Notes under the pieces: generated by a model
The model's input: the letters and a program-made list of their open reading frames with translations, nothing else
Databases searched by the model: none
What the model was told of the DNA's origin: nothing
Shown here: one piece after another, positions 27,274-42,114 of the stretch
How the letters are laid out: every line of letters starts with the position of its first letter
Numbering within the stretch: the first letter of the stretch is position 1
Source of the DNA: Octopus vulgaris
Taxonomy: Eukaryota
Assembly: GCA_951406725.2 (NCBI GenBank)
Contig: OX597831.1
Coordinates: 9,176,001 to 9,240,000 of the forward strand
DNA: 64,000 nt
Direction: 5' to 3'
Translations under genes and position numbers: made by a program

Positions 27274-27332
27274 CCATCATCGTCATTGTCATCATCATCA
27301 TCATCATCATCACCATCATCGTCATTGTCATC

Positions 27333-27381
<49 letters not shown>

Positions 27382-27440
27382 CCATCATCGTCATTGTCAT
27401 CGTCACCGTCACCGTCACCACCACCACCATAATCATCATT
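27052..27440. repeat. Expanded (CAT)n tract, tail of a family D fragment (27440-27565)
   Basis: Direct reading. Confidence 0.95.
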
Positions 27441-29089
27441 TAATGTCCGTTGTCCATGCTGTCACGGGTTGGACAGTGTGACCAGAGCTGGTAAGCTGGG
27501 TGGGGCTGTGCCAGACTCCAGCCTGATTTGGCATTATTTCTACTGCTGGATGCCCTTCCCCTACTCCCTGCCAAGCTCCCTAATCATCTGTCACACTATT
27601 TTCACTTTAAAACACTTACCCACCAAACATTCTTTTCTCTTCTTTTATCCTATTCTCTCTCTCTCTCTCTCTCTCTCTCATATTCTTCTTCCACCTTGAC
27701 ATAACATCTCTCTCTCTCTTTCTCTCTCTCTCTGCCTCATTTTCCAGATGTGGGAGCCATGTATACACCTCTATCATAGATTCATGTCCATCACAACTGT
27801 ACCCCACTCGGTCGAGGGGGTCTTGCCTTACAATACTTGGTAAAATATTACCATTTTTGAAAATAAAAAGACAAATAATAAATGGTTTTATAAAATAGGC
27901 AACTCTTTATTCAATGTCAATCATTAAAAAAACATGATGAGAATCATTTAAAGTGAAATTCTTCTGCGGTAAATATTTCTACAGTAAAAATGTCGATGGC
28001 AAAATTTCCTGCAACCAATTAATTAGATTGAGTTTCTGTATTGGGAACATTTCTCTGTATATTCCAGCATTGGTTTTAGTATTTGGATGGCAACCATCCT
28101 GGGGCAATGCTTTCAAGCATTTAATTGATTGCATCAACCCTAATATGGAATTTCTGTCTCAGAGTTATTTTTCTCAATACATATTTGTTGAACCGCCAAG
28201 TTATAGTTTTAGCCAAAACACAGCTCAAAACTTTTTCAGATAAAAACCAGGTTTAGAAAGAAAAAAACAAACAGGAGTATGGACAAAAACATACACACAC
28301 ACACACACTCTCTCTTTCTCCCTCTCTCACACATGCACACACACACATTCATACATGCACACTCACACACATACAGATGCACATATGTGTAACAGAAGCC
28401 ACTGATTATATTTACAGATAATGTGATCAAATGGTTATTGTCATCAAAACTAATGTGTCTGAAGCTCTTTATATGTTTAACGTTATTAGCCGATTATTGT
28501 CATTGAAAAGGTTTCATCATTGCAAAGTGTGTGTATGCGTATGTGTGTGCATCTATGTGTACATGTCCATATATATATATATATACACACACATAATTGC
28601 ATACATACACAAACACACACACACAAACACAGTCACATATACACACCCATATATTATAAAATAAATTAAAAAATGACCGGGTGATTGTAAATGATATCAA
28701 ATCATTTATGAAATAGTTCTACAGAAATGGATATAAAAATCTATAAATTAAGCAAATTGAAGAGGAAAATCAGGGAAGTGAGACTTCCTGGTAATTCTTC
28801 GTGGAAGGGAAACATCCTGAAAGTTTATCCTTCAATATTACAGATTCTCAAAGATGATAGTCCACCGCTCAGTCCTGTATGCTTTTTGCTATATGTCCAG
28901 CTTCTGCTGTTTGGCCCTTAACTGGAACTCTTGATATCTAGTAAGCCCTTCACTCCCTATGGTACATTGGTTATTCATGTGCTTCTCTCCAGTAGGATCC
29001 CTAATCCTGTTGAATTACATCCTGTTTCCCAGAGGGAAGGATTTCCTTTTCCAGGTTTTCGGTTTTGAATTACTATCAATACTTCTATA

Positions 29090-29275
29090 ACTTTGCTTTT
29101 TGCATAGGTAGGTGTATTGTCCCCTTTGCAAAACCATTTCTACCTATGGAAGGAAACAGGTGGTTCATATTAGTCTGGCCTCTTTCCTTTTAACTATGTG
29201 AGACCCTCCGAGGGGCTTCTGCTCAATCAAATGGATCTCAATTCATTGTGATACACAAGCTATCACACTACATCA
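29090..29275 (-). mobile_element. Possible decayed RTE-related 5' UTR fragment
   Basis: gtctggcctctttcc...gaccctccgaggggc...cacaagctatcacactac loosely resembles reversed RTE-type leaders (from memory only). Confidence 0.3.
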
Positions 29276-29319
29276 ACAACATCATCACCATCATCACCAT
29301 CACCATCACCACCACCACC

Positions 29320-29373
<54 letters not shown>

Positions 29374-29848
29374 TAATGTCTGTTTTCATGGCAGTATGGA
29401 TTGGATCGTTTGACAAGAGCTGGGAGACTGGAGAGCGGCACCAGGCGCCAATTGTCTGTTTTAGCATGGTTTCTCTGGCTTGAAGCCCTTTCTAATGCTA
29501 ACCACATAACAGAGTGTACTGGGTGCTTTTTATCTGGTACCAGCATGAGTGATATGAACTAAAAAAAGACCCGAACACCGAGACCAACTGTATAGAGATA
29601 CAAAAAGAGTAATGTTATATATTTTCAAATTCTAAATCAACAGAGAAACTATATATTGTTTGAGTGCCATAGTATTACAATGGTATTTGCACTGAGGGAT
29701 CCTCTCTTATAGGTGTATAGTGCTAAGAAGCATAAACATATCACTATACATTTATGTGCCATCAACATGGGTGCCATTTGTGTGACACTGGTATCTACCA
29801 TAACTGTGATTTTGCTCAGCTTCATGGGTCTTCTTATATATATGTGTA

Positions 29849-29929
<81 letters not shown>

Positions 29930-30157
29930 ATATGTATATTCACATGCATATACACTGGTCTCAAATGTTGGTGCAATGCCAGCAAATCTGGGAGAGGAGA
30001 TAAGTTGCTTCCATCGATCCGGTTGCTCAGCTGCTTCTTATTTTTATCAATCCTGAAAGGATGAATAGAAAGGCAAAGTTGACCTTGGCACAATTTGAAC
30101 TCAGAACACAATGACAGAGGAAAAGTCTCTGCATATGTATGTATATACAAAAATATA

Positions 30158-30193
<36 letters not shown>

Positions 30194-30254
30194 TACATAT
30201 ATTTGAGAGTATTGTTAACACTAACAATCTCAAAATAAAGCTGTGTATTTTTTG

Positions 30255-30306
<52 letters not shown>

Positions 30307-30322
30307 CATACACACACACACG

Positions 30323-30367
<45 letters not shown>

Positions 30368-30495
30368 ATGGAGAAATGTTTTGTCTTGCAAAAATAATGG
30401 TATGCTGCCATTTTGCAACATTCCTCTCAAAGAAGTCAGATTGATTAATGACTTGAACAGCGTGAAAAATAAACATATACATCAATATATATATC

Positions 30496-30530
<35 letters not shown>

Positions 30531-30827
30531 GTATTCGTATATAATTATGGCTTATCTAGAAGAAGCATTACTCATTGAATTATTTTGTTTAAACTTTTAC
30601 AATACAACTGGAATATTGTAGATAATGTGTTAAGCCTTGCTAATCTCCGTGTGTAGCTGTGTGGTGGAGAAGGAATGAACTCCCCAGCCTTACGCTTCCA
30701 GGTTCGGTCCCAATGTGTAGCACCTTGGGCAGGTGTTTTCTACCATTGCTCTGATTTGAATAAAGACTTGACAGTGTGTTTGGGAGATAAAAACTGACAA
30801 GAAGCTCATTGTGTTTATACATACACA

Positions 30828-30972
30828 AAAAAGCAGCAGAAATATCACCAAAACTGTAACAAACTGTTCCCCGTTTGTCGGACAGTTTTCTTTAGAATTT
30901 AAACAAAACTGTCCGACGAATGGGAACGTGAAACTCTGAGTAACAGTTTTTGTGACATTCCTGCTGCTTTTT
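30828..30972. repeat. Fold-back inverted repeat (arms 30828-30889 / 30905-30972)
   Basis: aaaaagcagcag...gtcggacagtttt versus aaaactgtccgac...ctgctgcttttt. Confidence 0.85.
30905..30950 (+). ncRNA. Type I hammerhead-ribozyme-like motif (U4C variant)
   Basis: AAAACTGT-CCGACGA-ATG ggaa CGT-GAA-ACTC t GAGT-A-ACAGTTTT; perfect 8-bp stem I, GUA triplet. Confidence 0.78.
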
Positions 30973-31065
30973 AATAAAGCATATTACTGAACCTCTGGTA
31001 TTCGAGTACTATTTTTTTCGCCTTGTTTCGCATCTATATGCTTACTCCAGTATATATACATACAT

Positions 31066-31194
<129 letters not shown>

Positions 31195-31213
31195 TATATA
31201 TATATATGTATGT

Positions 31214-31395
31214 GGAGGCGCAATGGCCCAGTGGTTAGGGCACCGGACTCGCAGTTGTAGAATCGTGGTTTCGATTCTCAGACGGGCATTGTGAGTGTTT
31301 ATTGAGTGAAAACACCTAAAAGCTCCATGAGGCTCCAGCAGGGGGTGGTGGCGATCCCTGCTGTACTCTTTTGCCACAACTTTCTCTCTTTCTCT
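31214..31395 (+). mobile_element. tRNA-derived SINE family E, 5' part
   Basis: ggcgcaatggcccagtggttagggc...ggtttcgattc; similar to 59392-59740. Confidence 0.85.
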
Positions 31396-31409
31396 CTTGG
31401 CAGACAAAT

Positions 31410-31613
31410 ACCACATAGAGGACAAACAAGGACAGACAAACGGATTAAGTCAATTATATCGATCCCAGTGCATAACTGGTGCTTATTTAATCGACCCCGA
31501 AAGGATGAAAGGCAAATTCGACCTCGGCGGAATTTGAACCAGAACATAGCGGCAGACGAAATACTGCTAAGCATTCTGCCCGGCGTGCTACTGTTTCAGC
31601 CAGCTCACCACCT
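31410..31613 (-). mobile_element. SINE family A
   Basis: Reverse complement of family body. Confidence 0.88.
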
Positions 31614-31883
31614 TTTACATCCAACCGACGACCTATTCTCCGCAGCATGTCGTTAATCAATCGTTGATGATTAATTCGCAAATGTATATCAATTGTGGTG
31701 CATAGATTCGCGTCCTGCTGCGATACCTCTTTGCCATTGTCTTGCAATTAGTCAATTGTGGTTTTGTAATTTTATAGTGACCGGTCGAATACTTCTTAGT
31801 AGGGAGAGTAAGAAGAAAATTGCATTGTTTGTTCATTCCTGGGAAAAGTTTATGAATGTAAAATTTATAAATCAATGTTGGGG

Positions 31884-31921
<38 letters not shown>

Positions 31922-32070
31922 TGTAAAACTACAGGGTTCTACATTATGTTTCTGATACACGGGGGGGGTGGGGGTGGGAGAATATAAATATATATACATA
32001 TATATATATACATACAAATGTATGTGTGTGTCTGTCTACATCTATTTGTATGTGTGTGTACATGCTTTTA

Positions 32071-32102
<32 letters not shown>

Positions 32103-32224
32103 AATATTTATACACACACACTTGTATATATAAACACACTTACACACGCAATCATTTATGTCTATGCGTATATATAAAAACATATGCAACACACACACAT
32201 ACATACAGGCACATACATATACAT

Positions 32225-32260
<36 letters not shown>

Positions 32261-32357
32261 GCGTATCAGTCATAAATTTTCATGTCCAAACCTATCTCGT
32301 CAAACTGTTTCCTTTATTGTATGATTTATTTATTTCCATAGTTTACAACCACAGGCT

Positions 32358-32358
32358 C

Positions 32359-32443
<85 letters not shown>

Positions 32444-32643
32444 CTGTGCCACTGCCGCTACTGTTGCTACCACCACCACTATTACTACTACTACTACTAC
32501 TACTACTATTACTACTACTACTACTAACACCACCACTACTGCTGCTGCTGCTGCTTCTGTGCTACTATTGCTACCACCACCACTACTATTACTACTACTA
32601 CTACTACTACTACTATTACTACTACTACTACTACTACTACTAT

Positions 32644-32684
<41 letters not shown>

Positions 32685-32903
32685 TTACTACTACTACTAC
32701 TAACACCACCACTACTGCTGCTGCTGCTGTGCTACTGTTGCTACCACCACCACAACTACCACCACCACTACTATTACTACCACCACCACCACTACTACTA
32801 CTACTATTACTACTACTACTACTAACACCACCACTACTGCTGCTGCTGCTGTGCTACTGTTGCTACCACCACCACAACTACCACCACCACTACTATTACT
32901 ACC

Positions 32904-32955
<52 letters not shown>

Positions 32956-33005
32956 AAAATTATAATAATAATAATACTGCTGCTGCTGCTGCTACCACCA
33001 CTACT
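32358..33005. repeat. Compound (CTA)n/(CTG)n/(CCA)n microsatellite with higher-order duplication
   Basis: taacaccaccactactgctgctgctgctg block recurs at about 32526, 32701 and 32823. Confidence 0.92.
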
Positions 33006-34124
33006 GCGACTACCCTTTGCAACCAGGTAGTTTTAGGTTCAGTCCCAATGCATAGCACCTTGGGCAGGCTCTTTGTAGATGGAAACTGTATGGAAGCCCA
33101 TTATGTGTGTGTGTGTGTGTGTGTGTCATTGTGTTTGTGCTTGTACACTACAGCTTATGAACCAGCATTGGTTTGTTTGTATTCCTATAACTTAGCAGTT
33201 CAGCATAAGTGACTGATAATGTACCAGATGGGAGATGATTTGTTCAATGAAACCTTTCAGAATAGTGCCGTAGCATGGCCAGAATCCAATGACTGAATTA
33301 AGTAAAAGATAAGAGATTGAGTACAGATGCACTGCCAAGAAACATCTTCAGTGTTGTATCCCAGGATCACTGGGTGTTTCGGGTCTTGAAACATAGACCT
33401 GCATTCAGGTGAAACAATCTAGATGGATCAGGCCTTGATCTCTGTCCTGTCTGACTGCATAACTGTAATGTTTTCTTCCTGAGGCAGTTTCTGAGAATGC
33501 CACACCCTCACTTTAAACAATGGGATCTATATAAGACTTATACAACAGAATCAAAAGTGCCACACCCATAAATGCTTCACCCTCAGCAGACCACTGTCCC
33601 CTCATTTTCCCCCAGTTAGTCTCCTAGTTCAAGGAGTGTTCTCCTGACACCACTGATCACTCTTTTCATACAGAGCCACCTAGAGGCTTTCTGAGAGGTC
33701 CCTGTCTTCTTGATAGCCCTTATATATGCATGTGTGCGCACACACACACATATACACACACACGCACACACATGGACACAGACTCCTAGTCATGCTTTTG
33801 TGCATCGGATGCAGATAGAATGAAAACAAGAAGACCCATTATTTATGCTTTGCATCCTCCTGAATTACAGAGAGCCACGTTGTTGCTTTGCCGTTCATCA
33901 TGAGAATAGCCTTCAATCAGGATCCGTGTGCATCTGACCGGAACTGACAGGAATGCATTTCACACATCCTGTCCACACGCAGGGACGCACATGGAAATCG
34001 AACCAGCTTTGGCATATACATGCACAGACAATCACCCCCACCCCCACCATACACACATATGCAAATATAAACACACACACACACACATGCACACAAATGA
34101 AAATGCACACTGCAAACATATAAA

Positions 34125-34155
<31 letters not shown>

Positions 34156-34317
34156 GGATATGTACATATATGTGTGTGCATATATATATATATACATGAG
34201 ATCAAAGTGTACCACCTGGTCTTATCACTATGTATGTATGTTTATGGGTAAAAAATTAATATATTTATAACTCTCTATATATACACACACATGCACACAC
34301 TACACATATACATACAT

Positions 34318-34369
<52 letters not shown>

Positions 34370-34539
34370 ACACACACACACACACATATATACACACCTA
34401 CATACATATATATATATATACACACATAGACACAGCACAAATACATATATACATATACATACACACATACACACACATACCCAGCACAGATACATATATA
34501 CATACACACACACACACACACACACTTATCTTGTTTTAT

Positions 34540-34758
34540 TTATTTTACTTGTTTCAGTCGTCTGATTGGCCATGCTGGAGCACTGCTTTTAGTAGAACAA
34601 ATCGACCCCAGGACTTACTCTTTGTAAGCCTTGTACTTATTCTATCTGTCTCTTTTTCCGAATCGCTAAGTTACGGCGATGACCTGCTAAGTTACAGGGA
34701 CGTAAACATGCCAACATCAGTTGTCAAGCCATGTTGCAGGAAGAAACACAGACACACC

Positions 34759-34843
<85 letters not shown>

Positions 34844-35015
34844 CATACATACAATGGGCTTCTTTGAGGTCCCATCTACCAAATCCACTTACAAGGCTTT
34901 GGTTGGCCCGAGGCTATAGTAGAAGACATTTGTCCAAGGTGCCACGCAGTGGGACTGAACCTGGAACCATATGGTTGGGAAGCTAGCTTCTTATCACACA
35001 GCAACTCCTGCACCT
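34540..35015 (-). mobile_element. SINE family B, full length
   Basis: Reverse complement of the 39133 copy with internal (TA)n. Confidence 0.9.
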
Positions 35016-38000
35016 ATATTCATATATATATATACACACATACACATACAAATATTCTATACCCATGGGTTGACCTGTAAGTTTAGAGCGAAATTCAGTG
35101 GGCTCAATATAGAAGTCTGTTGGAGGTGTGACTATGTGGAGGTGTGCGGTTTTTTCTGTATGCATGTATGTGTGTGTGTTTGTGTGTGTTTATATATATT
35201 TATTTATATGGATGTTAATTGATGACAATGAGGAGTCTGTGTCATCATCATTTAATGTCAATTTTCCAAGCTGGCATGGGTGGAAAAATTTGAGAGGAGT
35301 CGATTAGGCAAGAAGATTTCCCCATCTGTTTTGGCATGGTTTTTACTGCTGGATGCCCTTTCTAACCCCAGCCACCCCATAGAGTGGACTGAGTACTTTT
35401 TATGTTGCACCGGCACCAGTGAGGTCAGTTTTCGCATGGTTTTTACAGCTGGATGTCCTTCTAAATGCTGTCCACTTTGTAGTATTGACTGTATGCTTTT
35501 TGCATGGCACCTTCAGTCAAAGTAATCGACCCCGGGACTTCTTTTAGAGTTTGGTACTTACTCTATCAGTCTCTTTTGCCGAATCACCAAATTACAAGGC
35601 CATAAACAAACCAATACCAGTTATGGAGAGTAAATAAAAACAAAAACAAACAGACACACTCATACACATATATATTTATAAAATGAACCTTTACATGCCC
35701 TCCATCAACCAAATTCACTCAAAATGGTATTTCAGAGACCCAGAGATACAGTAGAAGACATTTTCCAAACATGCTGCAGAGTGGGATTGAACCTAGAGCC
35801 TGGTGGTTGCGAAGTAAATTCCTTCCTCGACCACACAGCCATGCTTGACCCTCAATTGCTTTTGCTGTTAGTTATAATCTGTTCATTGTGTATATTTATT
35901 ATAACTTTTAGTGTTATTTTTTTTTTTTGTTTGATGGGAGATAAGTCAGAAACTAATCAGGTGACAAGACAATTACCTTGTCAATGTTGTGTAGGTTACA
36001 GGTAGTGGAAAAACAGGCAGCGATGAGGGTGGTGGTGGTTGGGGTGGGGGATGGGACGGGGGCGGGGGTTTGATGTTGGTAGTTGCAGGTAGGACTGAGT
36101 TGGGTTCTTTTCTGATTTAGCTAGACTAGTTGCCAACCAAATTTAACACACCACCTCCACCCATCAACTTACAACACACACACACACACATACACATATA
36201 AGTACACACACATACACAGATATACGTGTATGTATATGGATATCCACATATATATAGGCATTCATGCCTACATAGAGATATTTGCATATATATCTATATA
36301 TATATATGTATGTATGTGTGTGTGTGTGCATACATATACACGCACACATACTTTTAACGGAATGGCTAGATAATCTAGACCACAAGATATATGTAGGTGT
36401 ACATGTTACCAGGTGAGCTTGGTATGAATGTTAGTGTGTGTGTGTGGGGATATGTGTATGCATATATGAATATATATTTATATCGATATGTATATATGCA
36501 TGTGTATGTCTATATATATATAGTATGTATATATATATATATATATAGTGTATATATATATATATATATATAGTATGTATACTATATATATATATATATG
36601 TACTATCACACTCATGCCCACACACACGCATATATATATATGTGTACACACACAGCTTAGCTTCTGCTTAGATAGAAGTTCAGTTATTCAGTGAACCAGG
36701 CACTAACATGGACATAGATTCAGCTCTGCTCTGTCACACACATGCACACACATGAATGTAGACAACTACATCAAGCAGCCAGTTGAGATCATAGTCACAC
36801 ACACACACACACACACACGCACATCCACTCATCCATACTCATACAAGTACTTACCTACTTCCATATATATTATATACACATACCTACGCTTCTCACATTG
36901 ACATCTACACAAGCAGTCATATCTAGCAGTTAGTAAGTACCTACATACATATTTCTGTATATACCTACATACAAAAACACACCTATATCAACACTCCATC
37001 TGCTCTCCACCACCAACCCAACTCACACACACGTGTGTGTGTGTGCGTGTATATAAATATATATATATATATGAATATATATATATATATATCCTTATAT
37101 CCTGTTGACAAGGCTTTCAACATGTCTGAGCGAATATTTGTTACAATTAAATATGGAGGTATGTTAAATATATTTTTGTCTCATGTTGTCGTCCGCTCTT
37201 GATTCTGTTCCATGTACAAAGGTGTGTAGTCATTCCTTTCCTTTTGTTTTTTTTCCTTCCGATTATTGTGGAATGTTAAAGTCTACCACGGAACCAACCA
37301 GTCTCTGTTTATACTGATTCCATTTGGTTGGGAACAAAACTGATTTCTGTTGAGTTAAGTGTCATAGGTGAATAAGTCAACTCCACTGTACACCTTAGTT
37401 TAGAATTATATTCAGTTTTTGAAATACTTTTTGGAGTTTTTGCTTTTTTTATTTTTGGATTCCATGAGAGCATGTGTTAGAGGGTATTGTTAAATGTTGG
37501 AAATATAAAGTTAAAGGAAAAATAAGAATCATTATTTTGTTAGTAGTCAGGTGAATAAAGTGGACAGGTAGGAGTCTGTGCATTGTTATGAGGGGAGAAA
37601 AATATAACAGGAAATCTGTGAGTTAAAAACAATGCTTGGCTGTGTGGTTAGGAAGCTTGTTTTGCAACCACACATCCATGTGGTTTGGGGTTCAATCTCA
37701 CCGTACAGCACCTTTTTGGCAAATCTCGTCTATTATAACCCTGGGCTATTCAATCCTTTACTAACAAATTTGGTTGATGGAAATTATGTTGAATACTAGT
37801 TTGCACATACATACATGCATGCATGCATATATGCAGACAGATAGACACATGCATACACACACACACACTCATATATATGTACATACATATGTACACACAC
37901 ACACTTTTGATACCAACCCAGCTGAAACCACTTCTGGCTCTGATTATAAATGTCTTGTTTTCATAAGTTTTGAATTAAAATCTTTTACCAAACATTAGTC

Positions 38001-39132
38001 ACAATTTATGTTTCTAACATACACACACACACACACATGTATATAGTTGAAATTTACAGAAAAACGAAAGACAAAGACAGGTGTATAAACAACAAGCAGG
38101 TGTATTAGTTCGACACTGGGGGACGTCAGAAGGTCTTTTGCATTTCAAGCCTCCGCCTGTCAATAGAAAGGAACACGAGGAAATTAACAGATCCATATAG
38201 GGTGAAATCACCACCACCACCACTACCTTAATCATCCTCATCAGCATCATCATCATCATTTTAACATGCACTGTTCCAATGGACAGAATGTATTAAGGTA
38301 AATTTTTCTATAGCTAGATGCTCTTCCAGTTCCTAACCCTCGTTGATTTCCAAGCAAGGTAATATTTTACCATTACCAGATATATTTCCACAGAATTTTG
38401 GAAATGAATGGCACAACTCTTATGAGTGTAATACTCATTTAAAACTAACACTCACACACACATACATATTTATACATACATACATACATATAAACATACA
38501 TACATACATACATACATACATATTTGTGTGTGTGTATGTGTGAGCTCCTTTCAGTTTCCATCTACCAATTCCACTCTCAAATCTTTGATCTGCCCGGGGT
38601 TTTACAAGAAGAGTAGACCCTTTCTCAAAGTGCCACACAGAGGGATTGAACCAGAAATGATGTGGTTAAAAAGCAACCTTCTTAACGACACAGTAATGTT
38701 TGCACCTATTGAACTCGAAACTATGTGCTTTCATGTCCAATATCTGTGAATAATAAATGATATCTGTTTATAATTAATCTTGCAGTGAAAATAGGTCCCA
38801 GGAGGGCTTGTTTTGGCAGCTTGATGTGAGCAGTGATCTGATTTGTTTTGATGTTTCTTGGCAGTTGCCCAAGCTGAGTATACCTCATCTCCAGAATATG
38901 CTCTGTGTATTAGTTGAGAAAAAAAAACTTGAGAAACATGCAAACATGGCTGTGCCGAGATACAATTCATTTACATAATGGTAAACTTTGTTTTTATTTA
39001 CAACATATTTTTACAAGAAGCAAGAGAAAAAAAAAAAAAACATTAAAAGTATAAAATCAAATTATTGAGACCCCCCCCCCACATAATTACTGCATCAAAG
39101 AAACAAAGAAAAAAAGTGGGTTTATTAAGCAG

Positions 39133-39299
39133 CAGGAGTGGCTGTGTGGTAAGTAGCTTGCTAACCAACCACATGGTTCCAGGTTCAGTCCCACTGCGTG
39201 GCATCTTGGGCAAGTGTCTTCTGCTATAGCCTCAGGCCGACCAATGCCTTGTGAGTGGATTTGGTAGACAGAAACTGAAAGAAGCCTGTCGTATATATG

Positions 39300-39330
<31 letters not shown>

Positions 39331-39535
39331 CTGTGTTTGTCCCCCCACCATCGCTTGACAACCGATGCTGGTGTGTTTACGTCCCCGTCACTTTGCGGTT
39401 TGGCAAAAAAGAGACCGATAGAATAAGTACTGGGCTTACAAAGAATAAGTCCCGGGGTCGATTTGCTCAACTAAAGGCGGTGCTCCAGCATGGCCACAGT
39501 CAAATGACTGAAACAAGTAAAAAGAGTAAAGAGTA
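39133..39535 (+). mobile_element. SINE family B, best-preserved copy
   Basis: ggagtggctgtgtggtaag...ggttcagtccc head, cttgggcaagtgtctt, internal (TA)n, (gtaaaaga)n tail. Confidence 0.92.
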
Positions 39536-40033
39536 AAAAGAAAGAGCAGAAGATGGTGAGGGTGGTGGTTCCTAATTGTTTGTGATTTAGGCACAAGGCT
39601 AATAAGTGGGCGTAGTATTAGTTAATTACATCAATTCCAGTTCTTCATTGGTTCTTTATTTTACCAAATCTGGGTGTGGGGTGGGGGTGAAAGTCAAAGT
39701 TGACCTCAGTGAGATTTGAACTTGCAACATCATCAACCAAACAAGTACTGCAAAGTATGTTTGCCACTGCTCTAAGGATGCTGCCTCTTGGCTATAATGC
39801 CTCTCTGTTGGGAAGCCAGATAGGAATTACACAATTACCAATTACAACAAGAATTATGAATAAAGAAAGATAGAGAACCATATAGGTATGCATTTAGTCC
39901 CAGTGTAAGATTAGGCCCCACGAGGGGAATTTTGCAAGGCAAGAATTTGATCAGTTTCATTGTTATTTTCTATCTGTTATATATTTCTGTCATCGAACTG
40001 TGGCCATGCAGAGGGGATGCCATGGAGAATTGA

Positions 40034-40254
40034 ACCTGTTACCATTCAGATTACTCTACCAAATGTTTTGCTTATTTATTCCCATTGTTTTGAATTAATT
40101 ATGGATTATTTTGTAGCTTCAAGATTTCTTTGATGTGATTGTTTATTTTTAGAATAGCATTGTAGGTTAGGTGTGAGAAGCTGGATCTGGGTGGTTTGAA
40201 TATAAAACAGGCAGAATATTTAGGCCAAATATGGCCGGTTCAAATGCTGAAGGG
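40034..40254. mobile_element. piggyBac-type MITE inserted in a minus-strand family B copy
   Basis: Right end aatgctgaaggg-TTAA; decayed left end ttgaacctgttaccattc. Confidence 0.55.
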
Positions 40255-40561
40255 TTAATCAAGCAAATCCACCTGAGTACATTTCTTTTTAAAGTCCAGC
40301 ACTTATTCTGTTGTTTTCTTTGTTGAACTGCTAAGTTACGGTAGTGTAACCAAACCAACACCGGTTGTCAAGCAGTGTAAGAGACAAACAGAAAACCATA
40401 GACACACACACACACAATTATGCACACACATACAATTCTACAAAATCTCCATCTACCAGATTCACTCAAAAGGCAGTTTCTTAAGCTGGAGGCTTTTGTA
40501 AGAGAGATTTGCTCAACATGCTGTGCTGTGGGATGGCATCCAAAACCACTTGGTTGCAATG

Positions 40562-40868
40562 TCATCATCATCATCATCATTTAACGTCCGCTTTCCATGC
40601 TAGCATGGTTTGGACGATTTGACTGACGTCTGGCGAACCCGACTCCAATCTGATCTGGCAGTGTTTCTACAGCTGGTTGCCCTTCCTAACACCAACCACT
40701 CCGAGAGTGTAGTGGGTGCTTTTACGTGCCACCGGCACAAGGGTCAGTTTGGTGGCACTGGCAACAGCCATGCCCAAATGGTGCTTTTTACATGCCGCCT
40801 GCACAGGAGCCAGTCCAGTGGCACTGGTGACGACCTCGCTCGAATGTTTCACGTGCCACCAGCACAAG
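40562..40868 (-). mobile_element. Family D element
   Basis: Similar to 14430-14722. Confidence 0.87.
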
Positions 40869-40949
40869 ATCCCGATTTATTGATATTAAGACAAGGACAC
40901 ACACACACACAGAGGCAAACACATGCGCGTGCGCGCACACAAATATACA

Positions 40950-40997
<48 letters not shown>

Positions 40998-41717
40998 GAT
41001 TTTCTGAGTGCCCCAAATCCACTCCCAGGACCTTAGTCAACACAAGGTTTATTAAAAGACACTGACCCAAGGTGCCATGCAATGGGACTGAACCTGAAAC
41101 CATATGATTCACAAATGAACCTTTTAACCACACAGCTATGCTGGTGTTTCTTAGTAGGTATTTTCATTCTTCCCTGCCTTGAATTCAATTAACGAGGGTC
41201 CGCATCATTAACTCACCTAAACCAATTCTGCCTTTCATGAATTTTTCATTAATTTGAACCTCAGAACTCAAGGAACTGGAATTAGTTTCACAAAATATTT
41301 TATCTGATTTACCAAAGATTCTGAATTTGGCCCCAAAACCAGCTTACCATTTCCTGAATTACTGTTTCTATTGAGAAACCTAGCAAAGTAACACAGTTAA
41401 AAAGACCAATATTAGGATTGTGTGTGTATATGTATCACTGTGTGTGTGTATGTCTTTGTATATGTGTCTGATAAAATGTGTGTGTGTGTGTGCATGCACA
41501 TTTATGTGTGTGTAAATGGTCCATGGGTATTTGGGTGTTGTTGCTACTGTTTAGCCATGAGTCAACACTGAGCAATGAGGCTTTATGGGTGGTAGGCACT
41601 CCAGCCATGACAATCTTGTCTTTCAGGTGTAGATACAGGAGCAAATTGTCAAATAAGTACTCTGTTTGAAAATTACTATTTTAAATCTCACAACGAGAGA
41701 TATTCAGCAACAGTAAT

Positions 41718-42114
41718 TTGGAGTAAAGATTATTTGCCAACATAACATGGCAGTCCTGGTTTAGGATGAATGTTACTTTAATTTAGCCCCAGGAGACATT
41801 GTTTCCAGCTGGCTATATGACATGATCTGTGTCCTTATATTCTCGAACAAGGGAATCTAGCACCCCCACTCAGCTCAAAACAATATCTGTGTATCACTAT
41901 TTCTGTGCTGATGAAGAGAAATAACCCAGAAATCACGATAGACAGATATTGTTTTGAGCTGAGTGGGGGTGCTAGATTCCCTTGTTCAAGAATATAAGGA
42001 CACAGATCATGTCATATAGCCAGCTGGAGACAATGTTTCCTAGGGCTAAATTACAGCAACATTCGTCCTAAACCAGGACTGCCATGTTATGTTGGCAAAC
42101 AATCTTTACTCCAA
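41718..42114. repeat. Long inverted repeat, 188-bp arms, 21-nt spacer
   Basis: Arms 41718-41905 / 41927-42114, about 12 mismatches by manual comparison. Confidence 0.95.
41902..41946 (+). ncRNA. Degenerate hammerhead-like motif at the palindrome apex
   Basis: TCTGT-g-CTGATGA-a-GAG aaataa CCC-a-GAA-ATC ac GAT-A-g-ACAGA. Confidence 0.5.

Noticed and set aside
37090-37160. ctgttga...gaat hammerhead-like trace; similar at 38135-38170 on the minus strand
   Set aside because: Too degenerate to call; may be old pLTR remnants
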